Source of the DNA: Ophelia neglecta
Taxonomy: Eukaryota
Direction of reading: 5' to 3'
DNA: 64,000 nucleotides
Assembly: GCA_965285935.1 (NCBI GenBank)
Contig: OZ260662.1
Span: forward strand, 44,330,001-44,394,000
Every line of letters begins with the position of its first letter. Position 1 is the first letter of the stretch. Both the position numbers and the translations under genes were made by a program. Of this stretch, positions 39,982 through 53,100 are shown one piece after another. A model generated the notes under the pieces. The model searched no databases, was not told where the DNA came from, and saw only the letters and a program-made list of their open reading frames with translations.

Positions 39982-42094
39982 TACATCAAATTTTAAGACA
40001 CCCCCTAAACCTCCAGATATGGTCAAGATTTAAACGTTTCACTGACTCTCTAACACGTGCAGAGGTGGCCAGAATGGCTCGGTACGAGATTAACCCTAGC
40101 CCACACCATGGTAAGGGGGGCAGTTGGCATGATTTAACGCTTACCCTAACTACCGACCACAGCCGTAACCAGGGGATCTGGTTACATGAGTTGACCTTTA
40201 CCCTAACCCTCCGCCATAGCCAGGGACAATTTAACCCTTACCCTAATCATTCAACACGTGTGTGGTCATAGGACATGTTACTTAAATTAACCCTTGCCCT
40301 TAAATCCTCAACCATATAGTTGTGGCTAGAGGGTTTGTTTCATGATTTAACCCTTACCTAGAAATAACATCGCATTTTTAACTATAGGAAACAATATACT
40401 GGCATTTGTTTGGTAGAATGAAAAAGCAATACACAAAACATGTATGTTTAATAGTACAAGAAAGAACTTTAAGTGTCATTTTATAGGGTTACATTAATAT
40501 GTATACTGGTAACGTTAGTTGTCACATAAAACATTAAATGCAATGACACCCTGATATTGAATTGTGCGGTGAATAATAATCATAAGATGATATTGGGGGA
40601 ACATTTAACTTAGATGTTCTAGCCCATCTGGCCAATGTTTGGTAAGCGTGAACATCGCTATTGCGAATGTGTATATGATCTCAAGATTGAGGTGATGCTA
40701 GGCCACGGTGTATGAAATGATACCTACATATATTAACAGACAAGTCGATCGTAAGATCGATAAAGCGGGTGATTTTATGTACGTAACTTTGTTACCGTTG
40801 GTTGGCTGTGGGCCATAGACTTACCTACAAGGCATGTTATCTTATCATGTTAACAAAGACACTGTTACAATAGATGACACTGATTTATTTATTTGGTATT
40901 GTTCTTCTCCTGGGGTAGCCTTATCAATCTACAGTTCTCATGGTTCCAGCTTATAATATACGCATGTGATGAAATATTAAAAATAAAAGGTGTACAGTAT
41001 CTAGCATATTTACAATATTTACAAGGATATTATGAATTATTATTTGAAACACGTTCACTAACATAGCATAAGAAAATGTCTCCGTAGAGTAAAGTTAGGC
41101 ATAAACCATATATTATTCACTTAGGTTAATTGAAAATTTCTGCATATAAGAACGCTCATCAGAGGCTTAGTGTTTAGAGCAAAACAATTCACAGATCATA
41201 TTTCAAAGATATTTACACTACGCTGTTTTGTCATATATATTATTTTTAAAGACGTTTCGCACTAATTAACACTGCAGAAGCCCGTGCTTAAAAGCAACAA
41301 GCAACATATCTGCGTATTTCTAGATTCATAATAGGGTAATAGGGTAAAAGGGTCACTTGCGAAGAAATTTCCCTGCTGAGAGAGCTCCTTCAGTCAGAGA
41401 TATACCTCTGCCTTCAGTACATAGTCCTGGTGATGGTAAGTGAGGAGGCGCATCAATATGGTGTGATCAATATGCAATTCTTTTCTGTATAGACATCGTC
41501 TAGCCCAGGTGGAAATTGAAAAATAACCTTTCGGAGATAGGATATCTGGGTGTCAAAATTCATTGAAGACGCGCGAGAGTCTGACCCCGTCCCGAGATTG
41601 ATACCGCACTCGATGAGGATCTAGTTTGCCACTTTAACACTATAATATTGATACTGTATTGACTGGTTTTGCTGATAGACATACCTCACAGTATAGCAAG
41701 ATAACCACCATCAGACACAAACTCTACATCCAACACAGAGGAGCTCCGTCACCGTAAAAGCATCCGCAGAAAAAGCTCAAAGAACCTACGGCGGAACAGG
41801 ACTGTCTGTTCACGATGAGTTGTTGGGCGTAGGGTTATAATTATCGTGATTAACCAAGACGGTCAAGGCTATTTTTTACATAAATGTACCCTTTACGTTT
41901 ATCTCACGACAACGTGTCAACTTCCTTGCTCAGACAGTGCGTAGACGAGATTCTCTGCTGCGTTTGACACCATTGATCATCAGATTGTCCGCAGAGACTG
42001 GAGTTTGATATTATAAAAGTGAGGCATGGGTCACCAATACTTGTGGCTGTTTGAGCTCGAGCCTGTTGGAGATCGACGAAGACAAGGTGGAGGG

Positions 42095-42217
42095 CACAGG
42101 GCCTTTTAAAACTGAAATCTCCCATATAGAGTCACTATATACTATATCAAAATAACTTATTTTTATATAGTATATAGTGACTCTATATGGGAGATTTCAG
42201 TTTTAAAAGGCCCTGTG
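42095..42217. mobile_element. 123-bp foldback MITE with perfect 53-bp arms and an 8-bp target-site duplication
   Basis: Arms 42095-42147 and 42165-42217 are exact reverse complements. GTGGAGGG is duplicated at 42087-42094 and 42218-42225. Confidence 0.92.
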
Positions 42218-42379
42218 GTGGAGGGTATATTCTCCACACCAAAGCACCGGGGGGGGGGGGGGCATATTGGACAGTCACACCCAAAGACATCACCAATCCA
42301 AGTCCTTGGATTATACGTTGACTCGGGCCTCGCTATAATATGAACCACCAAACAAGCAACCCTCATCATGTTTCATCAA

Positions 42380-42660
42380 CTCCGGAACAGCAAACACCTA
42401 GGGTAAACCGTACAAAGCTTACAAACTCTTCCGGGCTTTTATCAATGTCAGGCCTGACTACGGTTACAACATTTTCACTGGTCCCCACGAAAATAAAAAT
42501 GTGGCTACTGGGCATTTAAAATACTGCTGTTTTAAATTTATAGAGCATGCTGTTTCTGCTGTTCGCCCTCTCAGGTCGTTCTGCGCATGTCACCCCCTTC
42601 CTGAAAACTTCACTTGTTACGAGTCGCTCAAATAGAAAACTACGTCTTTATTTTATATTT
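42380..42660 (+). mobile_element. Decayed L2-type LINE 3' fragment
   Basis: RPDYG and SAHVTPFLKT resemble the L2 motifs SRLDY and HITPVLKSLHWL. Confidence 0.5.
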
Positions 42661-44137
42661 AAAGCTTGGACGCGTTCGTTCGTGGGCAAACCGATTAGGT
42701 CTCTGCGCTCGCTTGTGGATAGGTCTAGAATGCTCCCAATATTTCTCTTTTAGAAAAAAAGGTCTCAAAACATATTTAGTTAAGATAGCATATGAATAAA
42801 TTGTGATGAACTATGACAGTGTATTACCCGAAGTAATTATTTTATTTCTTATTCGCATAAGCTTTAAATTGATTTCAAAGGAAGATTTTCTATTTTATAT
42901 CATACATTAGCTTTCCTTGCAGTACACATGCATTAATAGATTTTAAATGGATTTAGAGCATACTTTTTATGGACGAAGCGCTTTAAAATACTGCGATAAT
43001 AATGTATACCCATAAAATGAGCCCCTGTATCCAACGAAGTGACTCTTTAAAAATGCAAGATAGCAAGAAAGCTAAAAGCAGACCCAACAGAGTGAAGAGG
43101 AGCCTACCTCTCCTAACTGTGGTCATGGATGTGGGAGGGCTCGGGGGCAAGCTGCCATGGGATGAATCAATTTGGACTTAACACTTTTAATTGCATCTGA
43201 CAGTACAAAGTTAGCCCTTTTCTTTTCAAAAAGCGAGTAAGCGGGTTTAACAATCTGATCTAACCGAAAGGCCGACATTCTCACCTGCCTCCGTGGGTTG
43301 ACCGCAGCAGTGCTAGGAATTCACTATGTAAACATACTGAGCCTTACCTCGAAAGTCTTACTAGAATGAAATCTCCATTACCGTGTAGTAATGGAGACTT
43401 AAGACAAATGGTCTAGTTACATCATAAGTAACTTTTACTTCTATTTCAAAATGTCCTGCAGTGTATTGACACGTGTACTCATCAAACCACGACAGGATGA
43501 CAGTCAGTATAAGGGTTGAATTATAAGTACTGTCCATCTCAAGTAGACAACATGAAGCCGCAGAGCAGCGGAAGCGTGCAGATGTCGTAAAAGTTAACAT
43601 TTATAGCGTAGTTCTGCCGAACTAATTCAAGCTTTAATAAATTGGTCTCTATATAATTGACATAGGTTAATATACATTACTATGATGATAGCCTCAAACG
43701 TCCTACTGGTGAGGCTGGGGAATATATATCAAGTTTGCATTAATATCAATTAAATGGGACTCGGCATTTCGTGACCAACGCATTCGTGAATGCAAAGAAC
43801 ACTTATGATTTAAACTGAGTGGCCCGCGGGCAAATTAACAGGCTCCGTTAATTGCGAATTCTAAACATCCATTATTAATTGTCGGTTCAATCGCTTTCGA
43901 TCCATTTATAGACAGCTGCCTGAATAAATGTGTTCGAGTAAAGCATCTAGTCACATATTGTCACTGGCTCTACCTGACTTTAATTGATTTCGTTCGAGAG
44001 CTCATTCCATCCCTGGGTGCGGTTCGAATCTTTATGGTCTGCATGAACACCGAGTGACAGTCAATCTGTGTAAAGAGGCAATCAACTTCTCTCATCAGAG
44101 ACTCGTATCGATCAAGGGCCGAGAGTAGACACGGGCC

Positions 44138-44150
44138 GCCACCGCCATGG
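44138..44150 (+). promoter_or_regulatory. Consensus Kozak context of the gene B start codon
   Basis: GCCACCGCCATGG directly precedes a signal-peptide sequence. Confidence 0.8.
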
Positions 44151-47100
44151 TTTCACTCTATTTTCTTATCTTCGGATATGCCACCATTGCATTCGCACAG
44201 GACGGTTTAAACAGTCTGAGAGAAGACAACCAACCACCAAAACTTGCCGAATGTAAGATTATTTGATACTTATTTATACATTTAAATCAATAGAAAATCA
44301 ATGTTTGAATATTTCCACTAGCCTTAAATCTGTTTTAAAAAGTACCACTTTCAGTAAACTGTTCATATTATATATTTATGTATTAAGTATGGCGATTCAA
44401 ATTTTATGCTATATTTAACGTGCACCGCTGTTCCGACAATCGCTGTGACTGAAAGTTTGCTCTATCCGTTATCAGATTTTGTCAGTCGAGAAGATGGGTT
44501 CTACCTGGCCCCCAGTTCTGTGGTTGCCAAGGACGTGACGGAGGAGGCTTGTCTCTCAGTCTGTCTGATGAATCCCTCCTGTTTCGCCGTCGACTACGAC
44601 TTCCAGTCTCGGTCCTGCTATGATCACTCCAAGGAGTCCTACTGCGAACTGGACTTAATGAGACCAGCCACCTACAGGGTACATTACAGAAGAGTCCCTT
44701 GTGTCAGAAGTGAGAGTAGTTTTACGAATTTCATGTGCATAAAACACATTTAAAACCACCATCAAAATATCAATACCACTTAAGAAGGGCATTATAAATC
44801 TAGGAAGCGAGTGCGTAAAAGTTGCCACCTTTCTTTGGCGAATATATGGGTCGGATGAAAATAAGTGTTGCCTCAGTTTATATCTTTAACTAGAAACTAT
44901 TTAAGTAATGATGGAACAATATGGTGAAGTAACATTAGGTTCAAACCTTATTTGGCCATAATGATGCAATTACAACAATTTTCTCTGTTGGATATGTTGC
45001 AGGCGAAAATGGTGACCTAGAGGTCGGGTTCAGCTCCTTATACCAACAGCAGCGCGTAAATGGGGGTCGTCTGGCTTGCAGTTCCTGTAACGTCGCTTTC
45101 TGCATGAGTCTGTGTCGAGATAGCGTCGAGTGCCGTTCCATCGACTACTCGTATGACCAGCGCATGTGCTTTCGTCACTTCCGGGATACCCCTTGCCTTG
45201 ACCTTGTGCGCACAGATAACGTTGGCTATTTACACGCCGAGAAAGAATCTTGTGCATTTGGTAAGAATTTATTGACGGCTTATTCGTATGCTGCATGCTT
45301 ATAGAGCATCGAGTGCTGAGCTGTACTAGTTCTGTTTAGCCGTTCTGTGGCAGTAACATAACTGTAATGATTTATTTTAAAAACAAAGAGGGGTTTCGTC
45401 TTTGAATAAGCACAAATGCATACTTTTGGTCTACCTGTCGAGTTCGTCTTATCATAGTGGCCCTAGGTCTAAAACAAATCGCTCTGGATGAATTCATGAC
45501 TCTTTTTAATGCAGATATTGACACTGAGGACAATTCCGCTACAATGGAAGCAGGTAAGATGCCCATCCCGATAGAAACATATTGGTTCAGTTATGGCGAT
45601 CGCGTTTGTTCATGAGAGCTCGCAACGGTTACCCGACTAACTGTCTAGTTATTTCCGATATGAACCAACTGATAGATCTAAAATTAAAATAAAACACATT
45701 AGCATGTATATGAAATACACGAATTTAGTACTATGTGCCTTCCTAATTATTATGATATATTTAATTGGTGGAAAGTAAATGAATTACACCGTATTTACTA
45801 ATTAATTTACAGGCATAGCAATAACGGAGCCACCCCCCATAATGAACATGTCATCGGAGACAGCGTTAACGGGTAGGCCTAACTTAGCATTGGGTTTGTA
45901 ATAGTGTGCAGAGAGCTAGGGGGCACATATTTATGGGTTATTATCATTGGGACCATAAATTATTTTATTGGATCTAATTCATAGAATACAATCATACATA
46001 GGTTGTAATTACTCAGTAAGAAATGACAGTGGCCCATTACAAAAGTACGGCGCCTAATTAGTGGAGCTATTTTAGCTGTTATTTGTTTTTCATTTTCCAA
46101 TTATTCACCGCTAATTAGGTCTATAATAGGATGCAACCTCGGAGGACACGTTGATAATGTATAACCTAAGACTATTTCAGTGTATACCATTCCTTCATTT
46201 ATTAATTTAAGTCAATGGTTTTAGGTATGATTGGAAAAATGGAAGGTTTTCGGATAAGCGGTGGGGCGATCAGGTTTGGAAATGTGACCGAGCGGCGTTG
46301 TGCTATGTTATGTGCCCAGCAAGTGTCCAGCCAATTCACTTGTAACGCCGCTGACTACAATCTGGTCACCAATGTTTGTTTTCTGCACTCATCGGAGAAC
46401 GCCTGCAACCCCCTCGAACCCAACTTAATGTACAACCACCATAGGAGAGTAGAATGTGAAGGTACTTGATATGTTACATTCCACGCGCAACCAACGTATC
46501 GATGTGTCTAAAATATCACATGTAAAGGAAACTATTACAGAATTCAACATTCCTATTACTACGATGTTGAGCCTACAATACGTTAAAGGAATTCGAAAAG
46601 CTTTACATACCAACGTCGGTTTATTTCATCTTTCTCGTGTAAACAGAGACCGTAATTGACTACTGTGCGGCCACTTCTTGTCTAAATGGAGGAACGTGTA
46701 GAAATGTATTGGCAACTTACCAGTGTGACTGCGGTCCGAGGTACACAGGAAGAAACTGTGAAACAGGTAACACATATATACTTAATATTCACATTGTTTA
46801 ATTTTTGTTCATTGTCAAGTTACCCTAGTTAGTCCTGTACAAGTGTTTTTTCAAACGTTATTCGTAGGAGTATTGTTTACCAGCTTATTATATATAATTA
46901 TATGCATCTGTAATGTAATATTGTACAATAATATGTATATTATTATCTCTATAATAATATTATTTACAATGGTCCGTTACCATCATTCCCTAGAAACCTG
47001 TAGAAATCCTTTAAAGGTGATTCTTAAAGCTCGCAGTCATTAAATTTTATTCTCTATGTACGATTCTTGAGCCTCCCCCCTCCCCGCCAACAAAATAGGA

Positions 47101-50100
47101 CGGTAATTTACCCCCCTCCCCCCGACAGAAGATTGAAACTTAACACCACCCTAGCCCGCCCCTCCCCCAAAATTATGTAATATCTTAATACGACATTTGA
47201 GCAAACTACAATTTTACTATCATTGCTCCAAATCCCCTCAAAAAAATAAGGCCTACAGGATTTTTCCTATTATATCTATCAGCGTGGTATTTCGTTACCA
47301 GCAAACGACTGCACAAGACTCTTGTGTGAACGTAATAACATCCACCCTAAAGGCCTCGTGACATACATTGTAACTAGACAGTTTAGCATTAATAGTTTGT
47401 ACTACTGACTTAATGAACTACATATATGATTATGAGAGTTTCGAACACAGTACAGTAAAGTATACTCTGATATAAGCCAATGCCTATTTTCCATATTAAA
47501 TAACATTGTCACGTGGTTGATTTGTTGGACAGAGCTTGATCCCTGTGACAGCTCTCCCTGTGAGAATGGAGCTACCTGCGCGAGTGCTGACGACGAGTTC
47601 GTGTGCGAATGTGCTGCAGGATACACCGGAACTACCTGTGATCAAGGTTAGCAAACAAGCCAGGGAAGTCACGTGTTGTCAAATAATATAAAACAAAATT
47701 AAACCTCTTTATAAAATTCGAATAGCAAGAGGGAATCAAACAAAACTTAGAAATGTTATTAAAGATGGTTCATATAACTATGGCGTGTTTTATTTTTAAT
47801 TTTTTTTTGCCTGTAATAGTAACTTGCAACAGAACCTTGACGAGGACACCGTGGGCCTTTTTACCTCTGATGTTACCCTTGACAGTATGGAAATAATCTG
47901 TTAATTCTGGAGTCAATATGTTTAATGTTTTATCTGTTAGAAATCAATGAGTGTGATCCCAACCCTTGTGTGAATGGAGCGACTTGTGTGGACGAGATCA
48001 ATGACTATAGGTGTAACTGTTTAGTTGGATTCGATGGCATCAACTGTCAGAATAGTAAGAACTGATATTACCTTGTTTTAAAAAGCACCAAATGGATACC
48101 CAATAGAGGCCTTGATATTCTGTGACCAATCACAAAGTTTCCTCAATATATTATGGTGTGAATGATTACAAGACACTACCATTACTTCATAGACATTATT
48201 ATTTTGATTGATTTTACAACATCCACAGTTTTTGAAGTTGATGTACACCTAGCAATGAAACTCAATCATTTCCATGATATATTAATCTACAGATATTGAT
48301 GACTGTGCAAACAGTCCTTGTCAGAACGGAGCTCAGTGTATGGACGCGGTCAATGACTACTTCTGTGCCTGTCTGCCCGGCTACGAGGGAACCAACTGCC
48401 AAACTAGTACGGATATTAACATGTCATCAAATGTTAACTCATAAAATTATTAATCAAATAAGCATTTCTAATGCATAAATACTTTTATTTGTGTTAATTC
48501 ATTAACCATTATCAATGAAGGAGTGAATAACTGTTACATTACTAATATTCATTTGCGTGTTTACTAAGAAATTGATCGCTGTGTTGCCAATCCTTGTGGA
48601 GACCGAGGTACATGTGTTGACGGGACCACCGCGCACACATGTCAATGTTTGGCAGGCTATATTGGAACAAATTGTGAAACCGGTATGATATCTCGGACGG
48701 TTCTTACCTCCGGGACTGCTTGGATAAACATGTTGTCTCAGACTCTTGTTCTATACTTTTTTCTGCAGTAATTTCTTTCTATTATTTCACCAATATTCAG
48801 TTATTTATCTTATGTTTTGCATGAATTATATTTATCTTGTCATTTTAAAGTGCACTATTTATTTATAATTTTGTTGTCGTTTACTTTTTCATTTTTATGT
48901 TATTTTAGTTATAAATCATTTATATATATATTTTTTAATTTCTCCATTGAGTTACACATTTTCCGTTCGTTTTCTTCTTTCATTTAAGTTTATTTTATTA
49001 TTTTTCTTTGAGCAACTTATTTTTCTTTTCTAAGATACTCAAGGTTCCACTGCTCATGACTAACATAAAATACATTAATAATAGAATTTTTTTTCTTGAA
49101 ATCCGTGTAGATATAGATGAATGTGATCCTGATCCTTGTGAGAATGGTGCTACATGTGTGGACGGTATAAACGCTTACACATGTGAATGTGCAGCTGGCT
49201 TCGAGGGGGTCATATGTCAGATAGGTAACAGCATTTTAAACGATTCGGTATTGCCTCGCAACACCTCCAGGCCACAATATCTAGTACATGTAATTACATG
49301 TATCATGTCCAACTGTGGATACACCTGTCAGTGTGTTCGTCCTGTCACGTGACATCCTAGTTCGTTTGGCATGTGATAGAAAGAAAACGGCAACGCCGGG
49401 TTTCTCGATCTGCACACTATATACGAGTCATGGTATATCATGTGGTTTTTAGTGAGTTCTATATAAAGAAATAAGGGAGAAGAATATCCAACCTTTTTAT
49501 AGGATGAGGCCAAATATGTTTAAATTCGTGGAATGGTTTACTGTAAGAGCAAGAAAAAAAATAGCTATATATATATAAGTAAGGCGTTTGAGAAACATAA
49601 ACTTAATAATGGAAACTTATCATAGTATTATGTGTGCTTTTGCAAATTACTGTGCTTGCGGTTTTATCTTATGTAGGCATTACTAGTATTATAGTACGTT
49701 TGGGCTTAATTGCGTTCTCCTGAGTACGTGTAAATATACATGTAATTTACAGTATAAATGTACAAGTTTGTACAGATTTCATTGAGATAAATCTATCTTT
49801 TTTTGAAGCTTTTCGAATGCCCTTTTGAATCGACATACATCTGTTGTGTTGCCTCGAACAGAGTTAAGGCTTTGACAGACCTTTTGAGTAATGGGTGCAA
49901 TAGAAACATAAAGTTTCTTATAGTGTCGACATAATAGCACTATAAACATAATAGCCGTTTAAGAAAACCACTGATAGGAAAAAAGTCACACTCGTGTTAT
50001 CATTGGATCATTATTCCGCCCGTTACTTTACCCATGCTAACGGTGTGCATTTCACCCTGCAGATATAGACGACTGCAACCCCGGACATTGCCGGAATGGA

Positions 50101-53100
50101 GGGCTATGTGAAGATGGCATCAATACCTACACCTGTGTCTGTGTAGAGGGCTTCACCGGCAACGATTGCCAGATAGGCAAGTACCAAACTCTGCCTAAGA
50201 AATTAATCACAACAATAAAATTAATGTACAAATATTTCTTATTTTCGTACAATCATTCTGTTACTTAAACCCATGGAAAATGATATCGCAGATTTTCTTT
50301 TCCAATCATATGCATGAATTTTACGTTAACCATGAAATGTTAGACCCTATATTGGTGATCACTCAGTTGAATGAAAGTGTGAATGTATGATTTATATTCA
50401 CCGGATATCAGACATAGATGATTGTGTCGATACACCCTGCCAGAACGGAGGCAACTGTACAGACGGAGTCAACGCCTTTACTTGTACGTGTGAGGAAGGT
50501 TACGAGGGAGAATTGTGTCAGACAAGTAAGTCAAATCAGACCACCCATTTTGGGAATTTTTGGGAAACTATTTCATTTTCCGTTTAACCGCCCTCCTACT
50601 CTCATCCCCCCCCCCCCTGCTCCTTCTAAATCCCTGGTTCTATCCACTTAACAAAACCATCATTTATTACATATAGAACCGGTAATCATAATATCCATCA
50701 ATACAAACGTCTCGATGCAGTATTTTAGAGTCGTGAGAAGAAAAGGTTATTTAACCTGCTCTCTTTTTGTACTTTGTACCTCGGATAGGATAAATGGCGT
50801 GGCTACTTAGTAGTTTTCTAAAATCCAGTCCGATCCACATTTCAGGATCATATCACAATTTCTCCTTAATTCCATCTTTAGGCCTATACTAGATGTATAG
50901 TTCGCCTAAACCTATTAATATCAAGTATGGAAAATAAAAGGTTTACAATGTTTATACGTCCTTTCCCTTATGTTGATAAAAGGGGAGATTAATGTGTCTG
51001 TCTTGTCTATGGTTTTAGTTACAGATGATTGTAGGGATGATCCTTGCGGAGGTCGAGGCCGGTGTATGGATCTAGACGCTGATTTCATGTGTGATTGTGA
51101 TGCGGGATACACGGGAAAATCTTGTCAAACAGGTATTTACCTCACTACCAATTTCAATATGAATCACTACATACAAGTTATCAGTTTTATATACTTCCTA
51201 ACACTCAACAACTTTTATTTTCATTTATTTTGATATTTTATTTTGATATTATTTATAGACATAGATGATTGTGTGGAGGACCCTTGTGAGAACGGGGCCG
51301 TCTGCGTCGACATTCTGAATGGATACGAGTGTAACTGTGTCCCTGGTTACGAGGGAGTGAACTGCGAGACAAGTAGGTCAAGCCATCCAACTACAATAAC
51401 CTTTGAACCCACTTTTATTCGCCTTTTCTTATCCGTTTACTCAATGATGTGCATTCAATAAAGATCTAGTGAGTAAAGAAAATTAAAGTACAATCACCAA
51501 TGGCATCTCTTAAACGTTTCCCCTCAAATGGGCAATGCTTACTTTTTTGGTATTTTTATCTATTTTAGATACAAACGAGTGTTTGAGCGAGCCTTGTGAG
51601 AACGGTGCAACCTGTAACGACATGATCAATGGTTATTACTGTACATGCGCTGCTGGCTTCATCGGCGACCATTGTGAGACAAGTAAGTGGCGTCGGTTAG
51701 ATATATACAGGACACTATACATTTATAGACAAAATGAAATAATTGTAAGCGTTATTTTAGTGTCTTGATCAAAACATTTGGTTTTTTTACTGTTAATCTG
51801 CTATACGGTTATTAGAAAATGATCCGTCCATATTTAGGGTTATATCAGTTGAAAATGAATCACTTTACAATCTATATCCTGCTTCAGACTTTGATGACTG
51901 TGCTAGCATGCCGTGTCAGAATGAGGGTGTGTGTCTAGACGATATCAATGGCTTTAACTGTGGCTGCTTCGCTGGATTTGTCGGACTACAATGTGAAATA
52001 AGTAAGTTAAAGGTAGAAAAATAATAACTATTAAATTTGCTCCTATAAAAAAGAGTGGTTTGATTTTATTTCTAGTGATTGGGACTATTAAAAATATAGT
52101 ACTGTCAATCGTTTCACTGGTGCCGTAAAATCTTTACTGTTTAATAAGCACTTTTATTTGCACAAGCCCTTTTGCATCAACATCAGCTTGTAAAGTCCTA
52201 TCAGTCATAACTTGAAATAACATTATAATCAACTAAATGAATAATTATTGTTACATGAACGCATGAGAAGTTTTTAAGGGAAAGCGAGCTGCATAACTGT
52301 TAATTTTAAATTCTTCATAATTAATGATTTGTAACTCAGACGAAGACGATTGCGCTGGTGACCCGTGTATTAATGGAGGCACATGTACGGATGGCATAGC
52401 CGAATACAATTGTCAATGTCTGGAAGGTTTCACAGGGCAACAGTGTGAATACAGTAAGTTAGTGAATTAATTCACAGGTCGAAATATTGGGGCATTAATT
52501 TTCTTTGCCTAGTTTTGTGTACAGCTTGTTGCGAAATAAATAATCTAATATTCAAATATATCATAGGCATTTATACGCATTAAAACATTGAAGTATATTT
52601 TACACATTCTTATATGAAAGGTAAACTTGTTATATTTATCATTTTTCAGTTTTGATAGATTGATATGTAGTATTCACAATTTTCGCTGTAGACATAGACG
52701 AATGTGAGGCGAATCCTTGTGAGAATAACGGGACCTGTATGGACCTCGTCAACATGTATACCTGCATGTGTCTACCGGGCTACACCGGCATCGACTGTGA
52801 AACTGGTAAGGATCACTGGCGAGGCTAGCGAAATGTCAATGGGTGGGTGGGGGGGGGGGGGAGAGAGGGGGCAGGTACTTATTGTATAGCAGGCTGCTGA
52901 GAAGAGCACCTAAAGCTGTTAGTTATTCTGTAAAAAGCTTAATATTGGTCGACTGGATATGATGGCGGATTTAGCGTAGCGATGATAACCGCCGATTTAT
53001 GGGCAAATCGGCCAATATATTTTAAGGGTCAAATTATGGAACAATCAGAAACCGCCAAGTGTTCTTGTTTCTAAAATAATTGAGCGATTTAAAAGACGTA

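Larger units (their letters stand above)
39255..40360. repeat. Degenerate ~55-bp satellite with TTAACCCTTACCCTAA cores, split by insertions
   Basis: Units of the form GTGGCCAG..GGGTCTGGTTACATGATTTAACCCTTACCCTAA occur at 39255-39460 and 40055-40360. Confidence 0.6.

Noticed and set aside
39255-40360. Repeat-spacer pattern suggesting a CRISPR array or telomere
   Set aside because: The context is eukaryotic, the repeats are degenerate, the spacers are related to each other, there are no cas genes and there is no pure (TTAGGG)n tract.
41580-41645. tRNA-like A/B boxes on the minus strand
   Set aside because: No cloverleaf; more likely a decayed SINE head than a tRNA gene.
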